Source: Mycobacterium leprae TN
GTDB taxonomy: Bacteria; Actinomycetota; Actinomycetes; Mycobacteriales; Mycobacteriaceae
Direction of reading: 5' to 3'
Assembly: GCF_000195855.1 (NCBI RefSeq)
Contig: NC_002677.1
Location: 480,001 to 512,000, forward strand
Length of the DNA: 32,000 bases
In this document: in pieces, positions 12,714-23,216 of the stretch
How positions within the stretch are numbered: position 1 is the stretch's first letter
Layout: each line of letters opens with the position of its first letter
Made by a program: the position numbers and the translations under genes
The notes under the pieces: generated by a model
Told to the model about the DNA's origin: nothing
Database searches by the model: none
Seen by the model: only the letters and a program-made list of their open reading frames with translations

Positions 12714-13823
12714 TTATTTGGTGTCGATGATGAACTCTTCGAGCTGGGCACGCGCGATCTCGTCGGGTAGCTGTTGCGGCGGGCTTTTCATCAGGTAGGA
12801 TGAAGCCGGGATCACTGGTCCACCGATCCCTCGGTCCTTGGCTATCTTTGCTGCCCGTACCGCGTCGATGATGACGCCCGCTGAGTTCGGTGAGTCCCAT
12901 ACCTCGAGCTTGTATTCGAGGTTCAGCGGCACATCGCCGAAACCACGGCCTTCCAGTCGGACGTAGGCCCATTTGCGGTCATCGAGCCAGCCGACGTGGT
13001 CTGACGGACCGATGTGGATGTCTTTGGTATTGAATTCCCGATGCACGTTCGACGTTACGGCCTGGGTCTTGGAGATCTTCTTGGATTGCACCCGTTCGCG
13101 CTCGAGCATATTCAGGAAGTCCATGTTGCCGCCCACGTTGAGTTGCATGGTGCGGTCCAGCTGCACCCCGCGGTCCTCAAACAGCTTGGCCATCACCCGG
13201 TGAGTGATGGTTGCGCCGACCTGGCTCTTAATGTCATCACCTACGATCGGTACCCTGGCGTCGGCGAATTTTTTGGCCCACACTGGGTCGGAGGCGATGA
13301 ACACCGGCAGCGCGTTCACGAACGCTACGCGGGCGTTGATGGCGCACTGGGCATAGAACTTGTCGGCTTCTTCGGAACCCACCGGCAGGTAGGACACCAG
13401 CACGTCTGTCTTGGCTTCTGTTAGTGCCTGGACTACGTCGACGGGTGGAACGTCTGACAGCTCAATGGTGTCGGTGTAGTACTTGCCGATGCCGTCCAGT
13501 GTTGGGCCGCGCTGCACCACCACATTGGTGGGTGGCACGTCGGCGATCTTGATGGTGTTGTTCTCTGAGGTGAAGATCGCGTCCGACAAGTCTACGCCGA
13601 CCTTCTTGGCGTCTACGTCGAAGGCCGCCACGAATTTAACATCACGCACATGGTAGGGTCCGAACCGCACGTGCATAAGACCGGGCACTGTCGATGTGTC
13701 GTCAGCGTTCTGGTAGTACTCGATACCTTGAACTAGCGAGGACGCGCAGTTGCCCACGCCGACAATGGCTACTCTTACCTCAGTCGACGCCCCTGGCGCC
13801 CCTGCTGGGTTGTGCTCACTCAT
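12714..13823 (-). CDS. ino1: Myo-inositol-1-phosphate synthase (Rv0046c-like)
   Basis: 369 aa ORF; [49 protein letters not shown] motifs. Confidence 0.95.
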   Translation of the reverse strand: MSEHNPAGAPGASTEVRVAIVGVGNCASSLVQGIEYYQNADDTSTVPGLMHVRFGPYHVRDVKFVAAFDVDAKKVGVDLSDAIFTSENNTIKIADVPPTNVVVQRGPTLDGIGKYYTDTIELSDVPPVDVVQALTEAKTDVLVSYLPVGSEEADKFYAQCAINARVAFVNALPVFIASDPVWAKKFADARVPIVGDDIKSQVGATITHRVMAKLFEDRGVQLDRTMQLNVGGNMDFLNMLERERVQSKKISKTQAVTSNVHREFNTKDIHIGPSDHVGWLDDRKWAYVRLEGRGFGDVPLNLEYKLEVWDSPNSAGVIIDAVRAAKIAKDRGIGGPVIPASSYLMKSPPQQLPDEIARAQLEEFIIDTK

Positions 13824-13938
13824 AGGGCGTTCTCAAAACTTTGTTTCAGGTGTTTGTTGTTTGGTACAGGGAGTTAGCTAAGCAGGGTGAATGACCGCAC
13901 TGGCTTTAGTGCCGCTGACTCGGATGATACGACGTTTA

Positions 13939-15771
13939 TCATTTGATAATGCCGATCTTGCGGCGTTGTAGGAAGACAAAAACCGCAGCGGCGAGCATAA
14001 TTCCCTTGATGATCTGCGAGGCGGCATTCCCAACACCCATAAACACCATGCCGTTGGAGAGCATCGAGATGATTATTGCACCGATCAGCGTTCCGCTGAG
14101 TCGTCCCAATCCGCCGGTTAAGGGCGTGCCGCCGATGACGACTGCGGCGATGACATCGATCTCGAAACCTGTTGCTGCGGTGGGTGTCCCGGCTCCGAGG
14201 CGGGAAGCAAGCACGATACCGCCGAGGCCTGCTGTCAGTCCGCAGATCGCGAAGATCGCGACTTTGATCCCGCGGGTAGGTACCCCGGCTAACGTTGCGA
14301 CACGTTCGTTGCCACCGATGGCTTTGACCCACCGACCAAACATGGTGAATTGGAATAAGATCCCTGCCAGGATTGTGACGAAAAGACAGACGATGAGGAT
14401 CCACGGCATGGCTCCCATTGCACCCAGTATTCCGTGAAACGGCATCGGTTTGGCAGAACTGTCGCTGATCATCAGGGTGATACCACGGCAGACTTGAAGC
14501 ATGCCGAGGGTGCTAACGAATGACGGAATCTTCCCGTAGGCAAAAACGATGCCGTTTACCATCCCAGCAGCCAACCCCACCAGCAGGGCGGTGACGATCG
14601 CAGCGAATTGATTCTGTGCAGCCACGAGTGCCGCGGTGACTCCAGTCAATGCGACGATCGAGCCCACCGATAGTTCAACGGAGCCTGCCATGATAACGAA
14701 AGTCATGCCGTATCCGACGATCGCCAGCACCACGGTTTGTTGGAGAATGACCAGCAGATTTGATGGTGCATAGAACTTAGCTCCGGCCGCAGCTGTAAAA
14801 AACACAAACAGTGCGATCAGCGCGACGAACGGTACCAGCTGCTGCGGCGTGACGGCACATTGTTTCTTGTTCTTGGCTGCATACATCGCGGAGTCGGCAT
14901 CACGCAAAATGTCGGCGGCCCGCCGTCGATCGTCAGGTCTCACCTCAAGGATGCCAACACTCGCTCCGATAGGCACCGTGAGCTGGTCGACCACGAGTGA
15001 CTCGGACAGTGTTGTGTGCAGTCTTTTTGCGACGTCGTTAGCATTCATGTCCGAAAGGGGACCCCGGAGTAGTACGATGAACTCGTCTCCGCCCAGCCGC
15101 GCGACGACATCGTCGGGCCGCACAGCCGAGCGTAGTCGCTGCGCTACAGTCTGCAACACCGCGTCACCTACGTCGTGGCCTAGTGAGTCGTTGATCACTT
15201 TGAAATCGTCGAGGTCAAGAAGCAGTACAGCAGCTAATCGAGAGCGTTCGTCATGCTGCAGTGATTTGGTGATCTGGTCTTCCGCAAACCTGCGATTGGC
15301 AAGACCGGTGAGACAGTCGTGGGTTGCCTCGTAGGTGAGCCGTTCGATCGAAAGGTGGTGGGCAGAAATGTCAGAAAACGAGACTACCAGTGCAGAGTGT
15401 GGGGGAGCCTTGTACGCAAGCAGGCTCACGTTTACCGATAGCCATAACCGCTGGCCACTGTGTTGGTCAATGCCGACGACTTTGCTTACCGTTGTTACTT
15501 CGCGTCGTACGACGCGCATGACCTCACGCTCAAGATCAACCCGCTGATTGTCTGTATCGTAGAAGCAGAATGGATGGCCATGCTTCATGTCAACGACATC
15601 GTGGGCTCGTAAGCCCAATATCCGAGTAGCGGCGGGATTAATGGACTCAATCCGTCCGTCGATGTCTACCACAATGACTCCGTCGGCCATTGATGTGACA
15701 ATCGCTTGGAAGTATTGTTCGGCGTCACACTTCGTCGTGTGATCCACGCCCTCTGATGTAATGTCGGCCAC
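13939..15771 (-). CDS. PAS - GGDEF diguanylate cyclase - RbsC/CUT2-type sugar ABC transporter permease fusion
   Basis: Single 610 aa ORF. PAS (AIVTSMADGVIVVDIDGRIESINPAATRILG), GGDEF domain (THDCLTGLANR...LDLDDFKVINDSLGHDVGD...RPDDVVARLGGDEFIVLL...PIGASVGI...DADSAMYAAKNK), then permease (TPQQLVPFVALIALFVFF...PSNLLVILQQTVVLAIVGYGMTFVIMAGSVELSVGSIVALTG...FTMFGRWVKAIGGNERVATLAGV...VIAAVVIGGTPLTGGLG). Confidence 0.93.
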   Translation of the reverse strand: MADITSEGVDHTTKCDAEQYFQAIVTSMADGVIVVDIDGRIESINPAATRILGLRAHDVVDMKHGHPFCFYDTDNQRVDLEREVMRVVRREVTTVSKVVGIDQHSGQRLWLSVNVSLLAYKAPPHSALVVSFSDISAHHLSIERLTYEATHDCLTGLANRRFAEDQITKSLQHDERSRLAAVLLLDLDDFKVINDSLGHDVGDAVLQTVAQRLRSAVRPDDVVARLGGDEFIVLLRGPLSDMNANDVAKRLHTTLSESLVVDQLTVPIGASVGILEVRPDDRRRAADILRDADSAMYAAKNKKQCAVTPQQLVPFVALIALFVFFTAAAGAKFYAPSNLLVILQQTVVLAIVGYGMTFVIMAGSVELSVGSIVALTGVTAALVAAQNQFAAIVTALLVGLAAGMVNGIVFAYGKIPSFVSTLGMLQVCRGITLMISDSSAKPMPFHGILGAMGAMPWILIVCLFVTILAGILFQFTMFGRWVKAIGGNERVATLAGVPTRGIKVAIFAICGLTAGLGGIVLASRLGAGTPTAATGFEIDVIAAVVIGGTPLTGGLGRLSGTLIGAIIISMLSNGMVFMGVGNAASQIIKGIMLAAAVFVFLQRRKIGIIK

Positions 15772-16059
15772 AGCATCAGAGAGTACAACTGTGCTTGAGT
15801 ACGATGTGCGGTTCGGTTGACGTTGTGGTATTCGCCCAGTTCATGTGTAACGGTTTTGGTGATTTGCTTGGTCGCTCAGCCAGCGTCTGGACTATTGTTC
15901 CAGTCCTGGCTAAGCATCCCCTGCCGTTCTCGTTGGTAAACCCAGGGTTTGTTGTGGGTTCAACTGCGGCGACGGTGTTCTGAGTCCAGTTAAGCGCTTA
16001 CAAAGCACCATAGGAGTTGCCTAGTACGGGTTGTCTGGAACAGATCGGACATTTTTTGA

Positions 16060-17097
16060 TCAGTTCAAGGTGATCGTCATATCGAACGGGGTTGTGGACT
16101 TCCAGTTGTAGTGTGGCGTGTTGTCGATGTAGCGGGCCTTGAACTTGGCGACGTTGGATTTGTCAACCTTGAGCAGGTCGAGCTTCACCATCCGCTCAGC
16201 AGGATCTTGGCCGTGGATTTTGCGATAGAGGATTGCCAGCCCGAACCCGCCCTCTAGCCAATGGGCGCCCAAGCTGACGGTGTACAATCCGTTTTCGATC
16301 GCTGCGATTGCTTGCGGTGTCAAATCCATTCCTCCAAAGATGAATTCCTTTTCACGATTGGCGTTGTATACTGCTTTGATTGCGCCCTGGCAGAGTTTGT
16401 CGTTGAAGCACCAGATGGCGTTGGCGTCGCCGGCGGGGTGTGCTTGCAGCATGTTCTCGGCGGCGGCAAGGCCTTTGTCTTCGCTGTCACCGGCGTACTG
16501 AAACTGCACAAGCCGGTGACCGACTGCCGTGAGCGCTGATTCCAGGCCAGCCTTGCGGCCCTGGGCCACCGAGTTGCCGGGCATGCCACCGAGGGCAAGG
16601 AATTTCGACCCGCCGCCAGCCATGAGTGCTTCAGCAATGCCGCTTCCGGCTTTCTCATTATTGGGTCCCAGGAAGGCCACATAATCAGCGTTTTTGTTCT
16701 GCCCCGGGGCATATCCTGGGTAGCGGTCGACTACGACCACCGGGATGTTTGCCTGGGTGGCTATCCGCAGCAGCGTGGGAGCGATCGATGTTGACTGGGG
16801 GGTGACGATAAGCCCGTCGATGCCTTGGTTGATGAGGGTCTCAACGTCGGACAGTTGTTTTTGTTCGTCTTCTTCAGCCGACACGGCATTGATATAGACA
16901 CCGAGTTGGTGGCTTCCCTCGTCGATAAAGCGTGTGTAGGCATTCCAGAACGGACTGTTCGCGGTAGGATAGGACACGCCGATGGTCAGCTTGTGATGTG
17001 ACTCTGAGAAACCACACGCCGGCAGGATTGCTGGTAGCAGTCCCAGGATCAGCATAATGCTAGCCACGCGCAGTGGTACACTCGTTCCTGTGCTCAT
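16060..17097 (-). CDS. Type I periplasmic sugar-binding lipoprotein of a CUT2-like ABC transporter (RbsB-like)
   Basis: 345 aa; signal peptide ending LLPAILPAC (lipobox-like), KLTIGVSYPTANSPFWNAY, LINQGIDGLIVTPQ, PVVVVDR, GGMDLTPQAIAAIENGLYTVSLG. Confidence 0.92.
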   Translation of the reverse strand: MSTGTSVPLRVASIMLILGLLPAILPACGFSESHHKLTIGVSYPTANSPFWNAYTRFIDEGSHQLGVYINAVSAEEDEQKQLSDVETLINQGIDGLIVTPQSTSIAPTLLRIATQANIPVVVVDRYPGYAPGQNKNADYVAFLGPNNEKAGSGIAEALMAGGGSKFLALGGMPGNSVAQGRKAGLESALTAVGHRLVQFQYAGDSEDKGLAAAENMLQAHPAGDANAIWCFNDKLCQGAIKAVYNANREKEFIFGGMDLTPQAIAAIENGLYTVSLGAHWLEGGFGLAILYRKIHGQDPAERMVKLDLLKVDKSNVAKFKARYIDNTPHYNWKSTTPFDMTITLN

Positions 17098-17322
17098 CAG
17101 GAGTCCTTTCGTGGGGCCGGCAGTGACGCTGGGTCAGGCGCATCGACAGTTTGGTCTTACGCCGTCTGACATGAGTTGAATCAATTGTTGTGCGGTAAGG
17201 CTTCTGAGCATTTTTCGTCCGCGCGCTTGCCGTAGATAATAGTAACTGAATTTCAATACTGGCAGGCCTCGTTGACGAGTCGGCGGTCGATGGTTGACGG
17301 GTGGCGGAGGCCAGGTGTTTGC

Positions 17323-17338
17323 CCGAGCATGAATTCGA
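17323..17338 (+). promoter_or_regulatory. Possible relic SOS box (LexA site) upstream of imuA'
   Basis: CCGAGC-ATGA-ATTCGA compared with mycobacterial consensus TCGAAC-N4-GTTCGA: 9 of 12 defined positions match; 37 bp before the GTG start. Confidence 0.45.
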
Positions 17339-17374
17339 GTTATGTGTCTCCATAAATCTGGTAGGAGGCTAGTC

Positions 17375-18060
17375 GTGACCGCGGCTTTAGCCCCTGACCA
17401 GCGGTATGAGAATCGCGCTGATCAGCTCGAAGCATTGTGCCGTCGGATGGCTTTGATGTCTGAAAAGGCGTCCAGGCAAGTCGTAACCTGCTCTGCTACC
17501 GAAACCGGAATCTCGGCTGGCTGTCCCGCAGTGGCTTGCTGAAGCGCTGGACCCGAGGGGCCGGCAATGTACTACATTACGCGGGGGACGGTGGCGGTGT
17601 TGTCAGCTCGGTCATTGCTGTTGGGCGTGGTTGTTGTGGTGACGGCCGCCTGGGTCAACCCGTTGGTCTGCCTGATGTCGGACTGCTAGCCGCTGTGGAG
17701 TCTGGGGGCGGATCTGAGCCGGCTCGCGGTGATACCGGGTACCGCGACTGATCCAGTGGAAGTGGTTAGCGGTGTTTGTTGACGGCATGGTTCTGGTGGT
17801 ACTTGGTCTATGTGGGCACCTGGTGCCGCGCACTTGGGCGCGGGCAGTGGTAACCTGTGTTAAAAGTATGAGGTTGTTGCTATCTTGCTGGTCACCGATG
17901 GTGACTGGCAAGGGATTCTGACTCGGTTGGAGGGCCGAGTCTATGGCTATGAGATCACGATGAGCAACCAAGGCGCATCCACTCTCGGATTCGGGCACGT
18001 CGGGAGGTCCGGGTGAGGGTCAGTGGCCTGTGTCCTGGAAGACAGGATTGAGTGTCTGGT
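17375..18060 (+). pseudogene. imuA': imuA' (Rv3395c-like RecA-like accessory factor of the mutasome) relic
   Basis: GTG start after AGGAGG: VTAALAPDQRYENRADQLEALCRRMALM; then, in other frames, [60 protein letters not shown]. Confidence 0.78.
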
Positions 18061-18099
18061 AGCTATCCTGGGCGATTTCCGGTCACTTCATCATCCCGG

Positions 18100-19160
18100 A
18101 TGTTGGCGATTTGGTTCATGGACTGGCCGGCGGTCGCGACAGTCCCGGTCGTGGTCACTTTGGCTAACCGGGTGACTTCCTACTCGTCGGGCCGCCCCTC
18201 GCAAGGGTAGTCCGGCGAGGGCTGCGACGTCGTGAGGTGGCGGTCCGATGCCCGCAACTGTACGTCATGACTGTTGCCATTGACCGCGGCGCCCATTTTT
18301 TTGAGGGAGTGATCGCGGCCGTGGACGATCTGGTGTTCCGCCTCGAGGTGTTGCCGGCTCGGGCTTTTGGTGTTGTCATGCGAGGAACGGCCCGCTATTT
18401 CGGGTCCGGACAGCAGGTAACAACGCGGTGCTTGCCGATCTGGTTGACCGCCGCACTGTTGGTTACTGATGTGGCCTCACAGGTTCGGCGCTTATGGGGT
18501 AGCCGCCCACCGGTCCGGCCCATGGCGAACTCGAACGTCCGCATCTGTACAAATTGGCGCACTGCATCAGGCACTGATGGCCGCAGGAGTGGTATGTTAC
18601 CCGACTGACCATTTACGCCGTCACCGCTAATGTCGAAGAGTTGACTCGGGTGTGGTGGTGCGCCAAGCCGTTGACCGAGAATGCCACCGCCGATCGGGGT
18701 GCATTGGAAACTGAATGGCCCGTCAAGCAATCGGACTGCCTGCGACCGGCTCATGTCCGAGTTGAAAATGTTATCGCTGCAGGCGGTGGAGGTGGAGGTG
18801 GTCTCTGCTGAGGAACTGCAGTTGCCGTTATGCTATGGCGTTGAGGAGCGGGACGAACTTCTAGGCTTGGCGGGTGCGGGTATTCCGTACTGTTCGGTGG
18901 TCGCGCTCCGGCCGAACACATCACGTTGACCTCGCTGGGTGGTGAGTCGGCACCGTAGGCCGACTCGGGTCAACTGTGGCGCGGCCAACTTCCCGAGCCG
19001 TCGCTGGCTGTGTTGCTTGACGACCCAATGGCATTACTTGATGGACAGGGAAATCCGATACGGGTGACCCGCGGGTCAAGGGGGTCATACCACCCGTGCC
19101 CAGGTACTGCTGGACAGCGAGCGTGCGCTGCTGCTGTGCTACCGGCAGCGGCGGTATAGG
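18100..19160 (+). pseudogene. imuB: imuB (Rv3394c-like Y-family polymerase homologue) relic
   Basis: Blocks in shifting frames: MLAIWFMDWPAVATVPVVVTLANRV, VRCPQLYVMTVAIDRGAHFFEGVIAAVDDLV, CAKPLTENATADR, GQLPEPSLAVLLDDPMALLDGQGNPIRVT, VLLDSERALLLCYRQRR. Confidence 0.8.
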
Positions 19161-20889
19161 CCTTCTTGAAGGCAACGTTCCTTTGTCAAATGACTTGCCC
19201 TGCCACACTACTCTCTTGCCGATGTTCGTCGGTGTTCCGTTGTCGCTGTAGACCCACAGGCGCGTTTTGTCGGTAGGCCAACCGGATCGGCTTGCACCGT
19301 GGGATCCTTGCGCTGCTAGCCGTGGCTCGCGTGACAACAGTACTTCCTGCGCAGGATAGGCTAATGGGGCCCGCCAGTGCACCCATTTCGGCCACGTGTC
19401 CGCGAACCTGTGCAGGTATCGCATGGTGAGGGTGATGGGGCCGGGCGGTATTAGTGACCCGCGCCGCCAGGTCGGTCATGTGTTCTGTATCCGCACCCTC
19501 CGGGTAGACATTGACGATTTCGCGTAGATTCGCGGCTACCGGCTGGTAGCCCTGGCGAGCAACAAGAATGTGGTTTCTTCGGTGGTTGAGTTCGTCGCGG
19601 CGATGTGTTTGCGCTCAGCGATAACAGCCTTGGCCAATTCGATATCGGCCAGAAGCAATGTGTGTAGCATGGTCCATTGCCGAACCGGCTATAGCGCACA
19701 TCTCTACGAGCTGGAACGTTCGCGCCGCGAACTCGTCTTCAACTACGCCGTTCATGCTCGCGGATCAGCCTGGGCCCACTGGATCCAAAACTTCTCACCG
19801 TCGTTTGTTACTGAATCGGAATGAGCTTGCATCAGGTGGATTCTATGGTGACGTCGTGTCCTATCTACCGAACATCTCGCGCTCTAGGGTCTCCGCTCGG
19901 AGACCGCACCATGGATACTCGGCCCGCCGAGACCTACGACAAGGCGATTGGCCGCAAAAGTTGCTCTCTGGTTGGCCATGCTGACGTCGTCTGTGTAACT
20001 GTTGTGGGCAGTGAAATTGAGTTCGTCAGAGCACACCGGGTCTTCGGGACGCCTACCTTGATGGCCTTGGCTTGATGGGCCGGGCCGATGGCGACCGGTG
20101 ACTCGCCGAGGAAGTTCATGGCTTGGAAATTTGTCATTCCAAAGAGAACGACCGCAGCGATGTGGTCAGCGCACTCAGGCTGCAGCGGTTTGGACACGGT
20201 CGCCGGATCTATCCTGTCCAGCACCGCAGTCGAGGTAACGAAGCCCATCTACAGCTGCGCCTTGGGAATAATCGTAAAGTGCCATCCTGGTCTGCGGTCA
20301 GTTACTCGCTATCTAAACGACGTGACCGCTTGCGTCCCTAATGTCGTTAATGCCTGTGTACCAATCATTAGTGATTAGTGTCGGGGTAATTGAACTGGAT
20401 ATACGCCCACTGATCTGCCGCCGATGTGCTGGCGCAGGGGGGTCGATGAATGCTTCTCTGATTGGCCCAACACTGGGTAGAGTTGTCGATACCGTGTGCC
20501 AGCATGAATTTCACATCGTGGCATGGCTAGGTGGCCGCAGATGGCCAAGCGAAGATAGCAGGGGCCGAAGCTGCTTAGGCCTGATGCCGCTACTACTGTA
20601 GGATCAAGAAACAGCACGATGTGACGTATGATTATGACGCAATAGGTGTTCGTTCAAGTTAAGCACCTAAATCTACTATATTCTGGCCCCATTGGATGGA
20701 TCTGGGCTGTCGGCAGCTTGCGTGCATTGTGCCGTTGGTGAGCAGAGCCCGGCCGGGCTGGCCGCATCGGCGGTGAACAATTGCGGGTGCTCCGCGTTCT
20801 ACAGTGGCGTTACGCTTGGGGTATCTGACCTGCGAACGACCCAACCCGGCCAATTTACCCGGTAGAAAAACGCCGCAGGGGCTACGCCA

Positions 20890-21770
20890 ATGGAGATCAA
20901 GGTAGTTGGGCTTTCAATCCGAGGACCAGTCGGCGACCGTCAAGTCAAGCGGATATGTTAGCTCGACCTCCACTGTCGTGGCCTGGGTTGTCACCAAGTC
21001 CGGATCCAGTGTGACTACAGCAGCCAGCGCATCATGCATATACGCTACGCACCCTAGGTTGCGAGCCTCGTGAGACTCGAATGTATTAAGCGCAGCGCAT
21101 CCTTGATCACCTGGATCAACGGAGACAGAACTGCGGTAGACACCAGCTTGGTGAGGATGTTCAGCGTCAGATCCAACCTGCATACGATCGAAAGTTGTTG
21201 TTGCTCAGTCCAAGCCGCAAATACCTTGTTTGCCTCCTCTGGGTTCACCCTACCTGATTGTTCCATTCGGCCGCGACTTTGCTCTGGCCAGAGCCGTCGA
21301 ACACGCCGCCTATGATCACTAGCCGGCTTAGGAGCGTCGGGCGTGCCGACTCGGTGTACAATAACACAGCCAAGTTGGTCGGCGTCCCGGTGACGAGGCC
21401 GATTCGGTTCTCAGCGTGGGTGCGAGCGGCATCTATCCAAGTCGTCGTGGCATCGTAACTGGCAATCCGGCAGTCAGTGGAGGGCAGCTCGGCATAGTTT
21501 CAATCTCGGCATAGTTTCAATATTTGGGCTGTGGAATTTTGCATTCTCAGGCTACTTGGTCGCACAGTGGCTTGTCGTTGCCTTTGCACACGGGTATGGC
21601 TGTGGCCCGGAACAATTTGACCAAGCCAAGGTTGTTCGCGCACATCTGCTCGACTTCAATATTTTCGCCGGGAGATACTATTCCGACGAGATTGATGTCA
21701 GGGTTGGCCAGTAGATATACCAGAGCCACAGCCTAATCGATGTCGGTAATCGACGTCGATGAAAACTAGG
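20890..21770 (-). pseudogene. iunH: Nucleoside hydrolase (iunH, Rv3393-like) relic
   Basis: Minus-strand fragments MALVYLLANPDINLVGIVSPGENIEVEQMCANNLGLVKLFRATAIPVCKG; NKVFAAWTEQQQLSIVCRLDLT; YMHDALAAVVTLDPDLVTTQATTVEVELT...TVADWS. Confidence 0.85.
21488..21521. repeat. Perfect 17-bp tandem duplication (CTCGGCATAGTTTCAAT x2)
   Basis: Read directly from sequence; inside the iunH relic. Confidence 0.9.
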
Positions 21771-21869
21771 GTGCATCGTGGTAACGATACTGGAACTGGT
21801 GATTAGGTTGTTACGGTGTACAAAATGCCCAAATCCTCAACAAGGCGACTTAACTTGAAATTTCGACTA

Positions 21870-22385
<516 letters not shown>

Positions 22386-22780
22386 ACGAGGACTAAACAT
22401 GAGGGAACATGCGGGCATGTGACTTCCTGATGATCGCTCAGCCTACAACCCGCACAAATAATTATCGAGTGTAGATTCTACTTGGGTCTTGACTGGTGGT
22501 ATCGTTTCATTGTTCCAATACAATTGGAGTGTGAGTTGAAGCCAGAAAGCACTAGTTTGATAAATTTATTTTATGAGCCGGTAGCGAACGTCTATTGGAC
22601 GACAGGCGTCACGTTCAGGCATTGTTTCGCTGATGCGCAAGATTCAACGCTTGGAACAAGATTTAACGCTTGGAAGGGGAAAACTGTTTTAATTATGATC
22701 GAAGCAGATCTGCAGGCAGTATACGATTACGGTTATTCCATGTCGAGTCGATTTTGTACGATGCGCTGTCTAGTAGTCTA

Positions 22781-23210
22781 GTATGCGGTAACATCAAAAG
22801 TTTAATCATGCCTGGAAATCAGAGCATTGAAATTTAAATATGTATATATTGTATTTGGAAGATTTTGCCTAAAGATCACTATAACGAAAAAATTTTTAAG
22901 TGTTGACGAGAATCTAAACATTGTTAAAGGATTTTGTAATGAATTTTTGTGTTATCTTTGAGTGAATTTCGAAAAATTATGACTTAATAATCTTATGAAT
23001 TAAATGATTTTATATTCATTTATAGTGTATTAACGATATAATTTAATATATTTAAAGATATCTAGAATATTTATTTTACATTATGCTCATCCATCTAATT
23101 ATTTTTTTAGCGTGGCGGTCTGAAGGTAATCGTACAATATGCAATAACAGGTCAATATAAGTCATGGTACGGCATTATATTCTATAGCGACGACTGTTAG
23201 GATGTAGGCG
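22781..23210. promoter_or_regulatory. Extremely AT-rich non-coding block upstream of espA; candidate nucleoid-protein/EspR/PhoP-type regulatory region
   Basis: Hand counts of 60-nt lines: 22921-22980 about 22% GC, 22981-23040 about 17%, 23041-23100 about 17%, in a GC-rich context; no ORF. Regulatory role is inference. Confidence 0.5.
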
Positions 23211-23216
23211 GCAGGC

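Noticed and set aside
22482-22781. 99 aa ORF YRFIVPIQLECELKPESTSLINLFYEP...
   Set aside because: Possibly the tail of a decayed gene, but no family signature could be supported; not called as a CDS.
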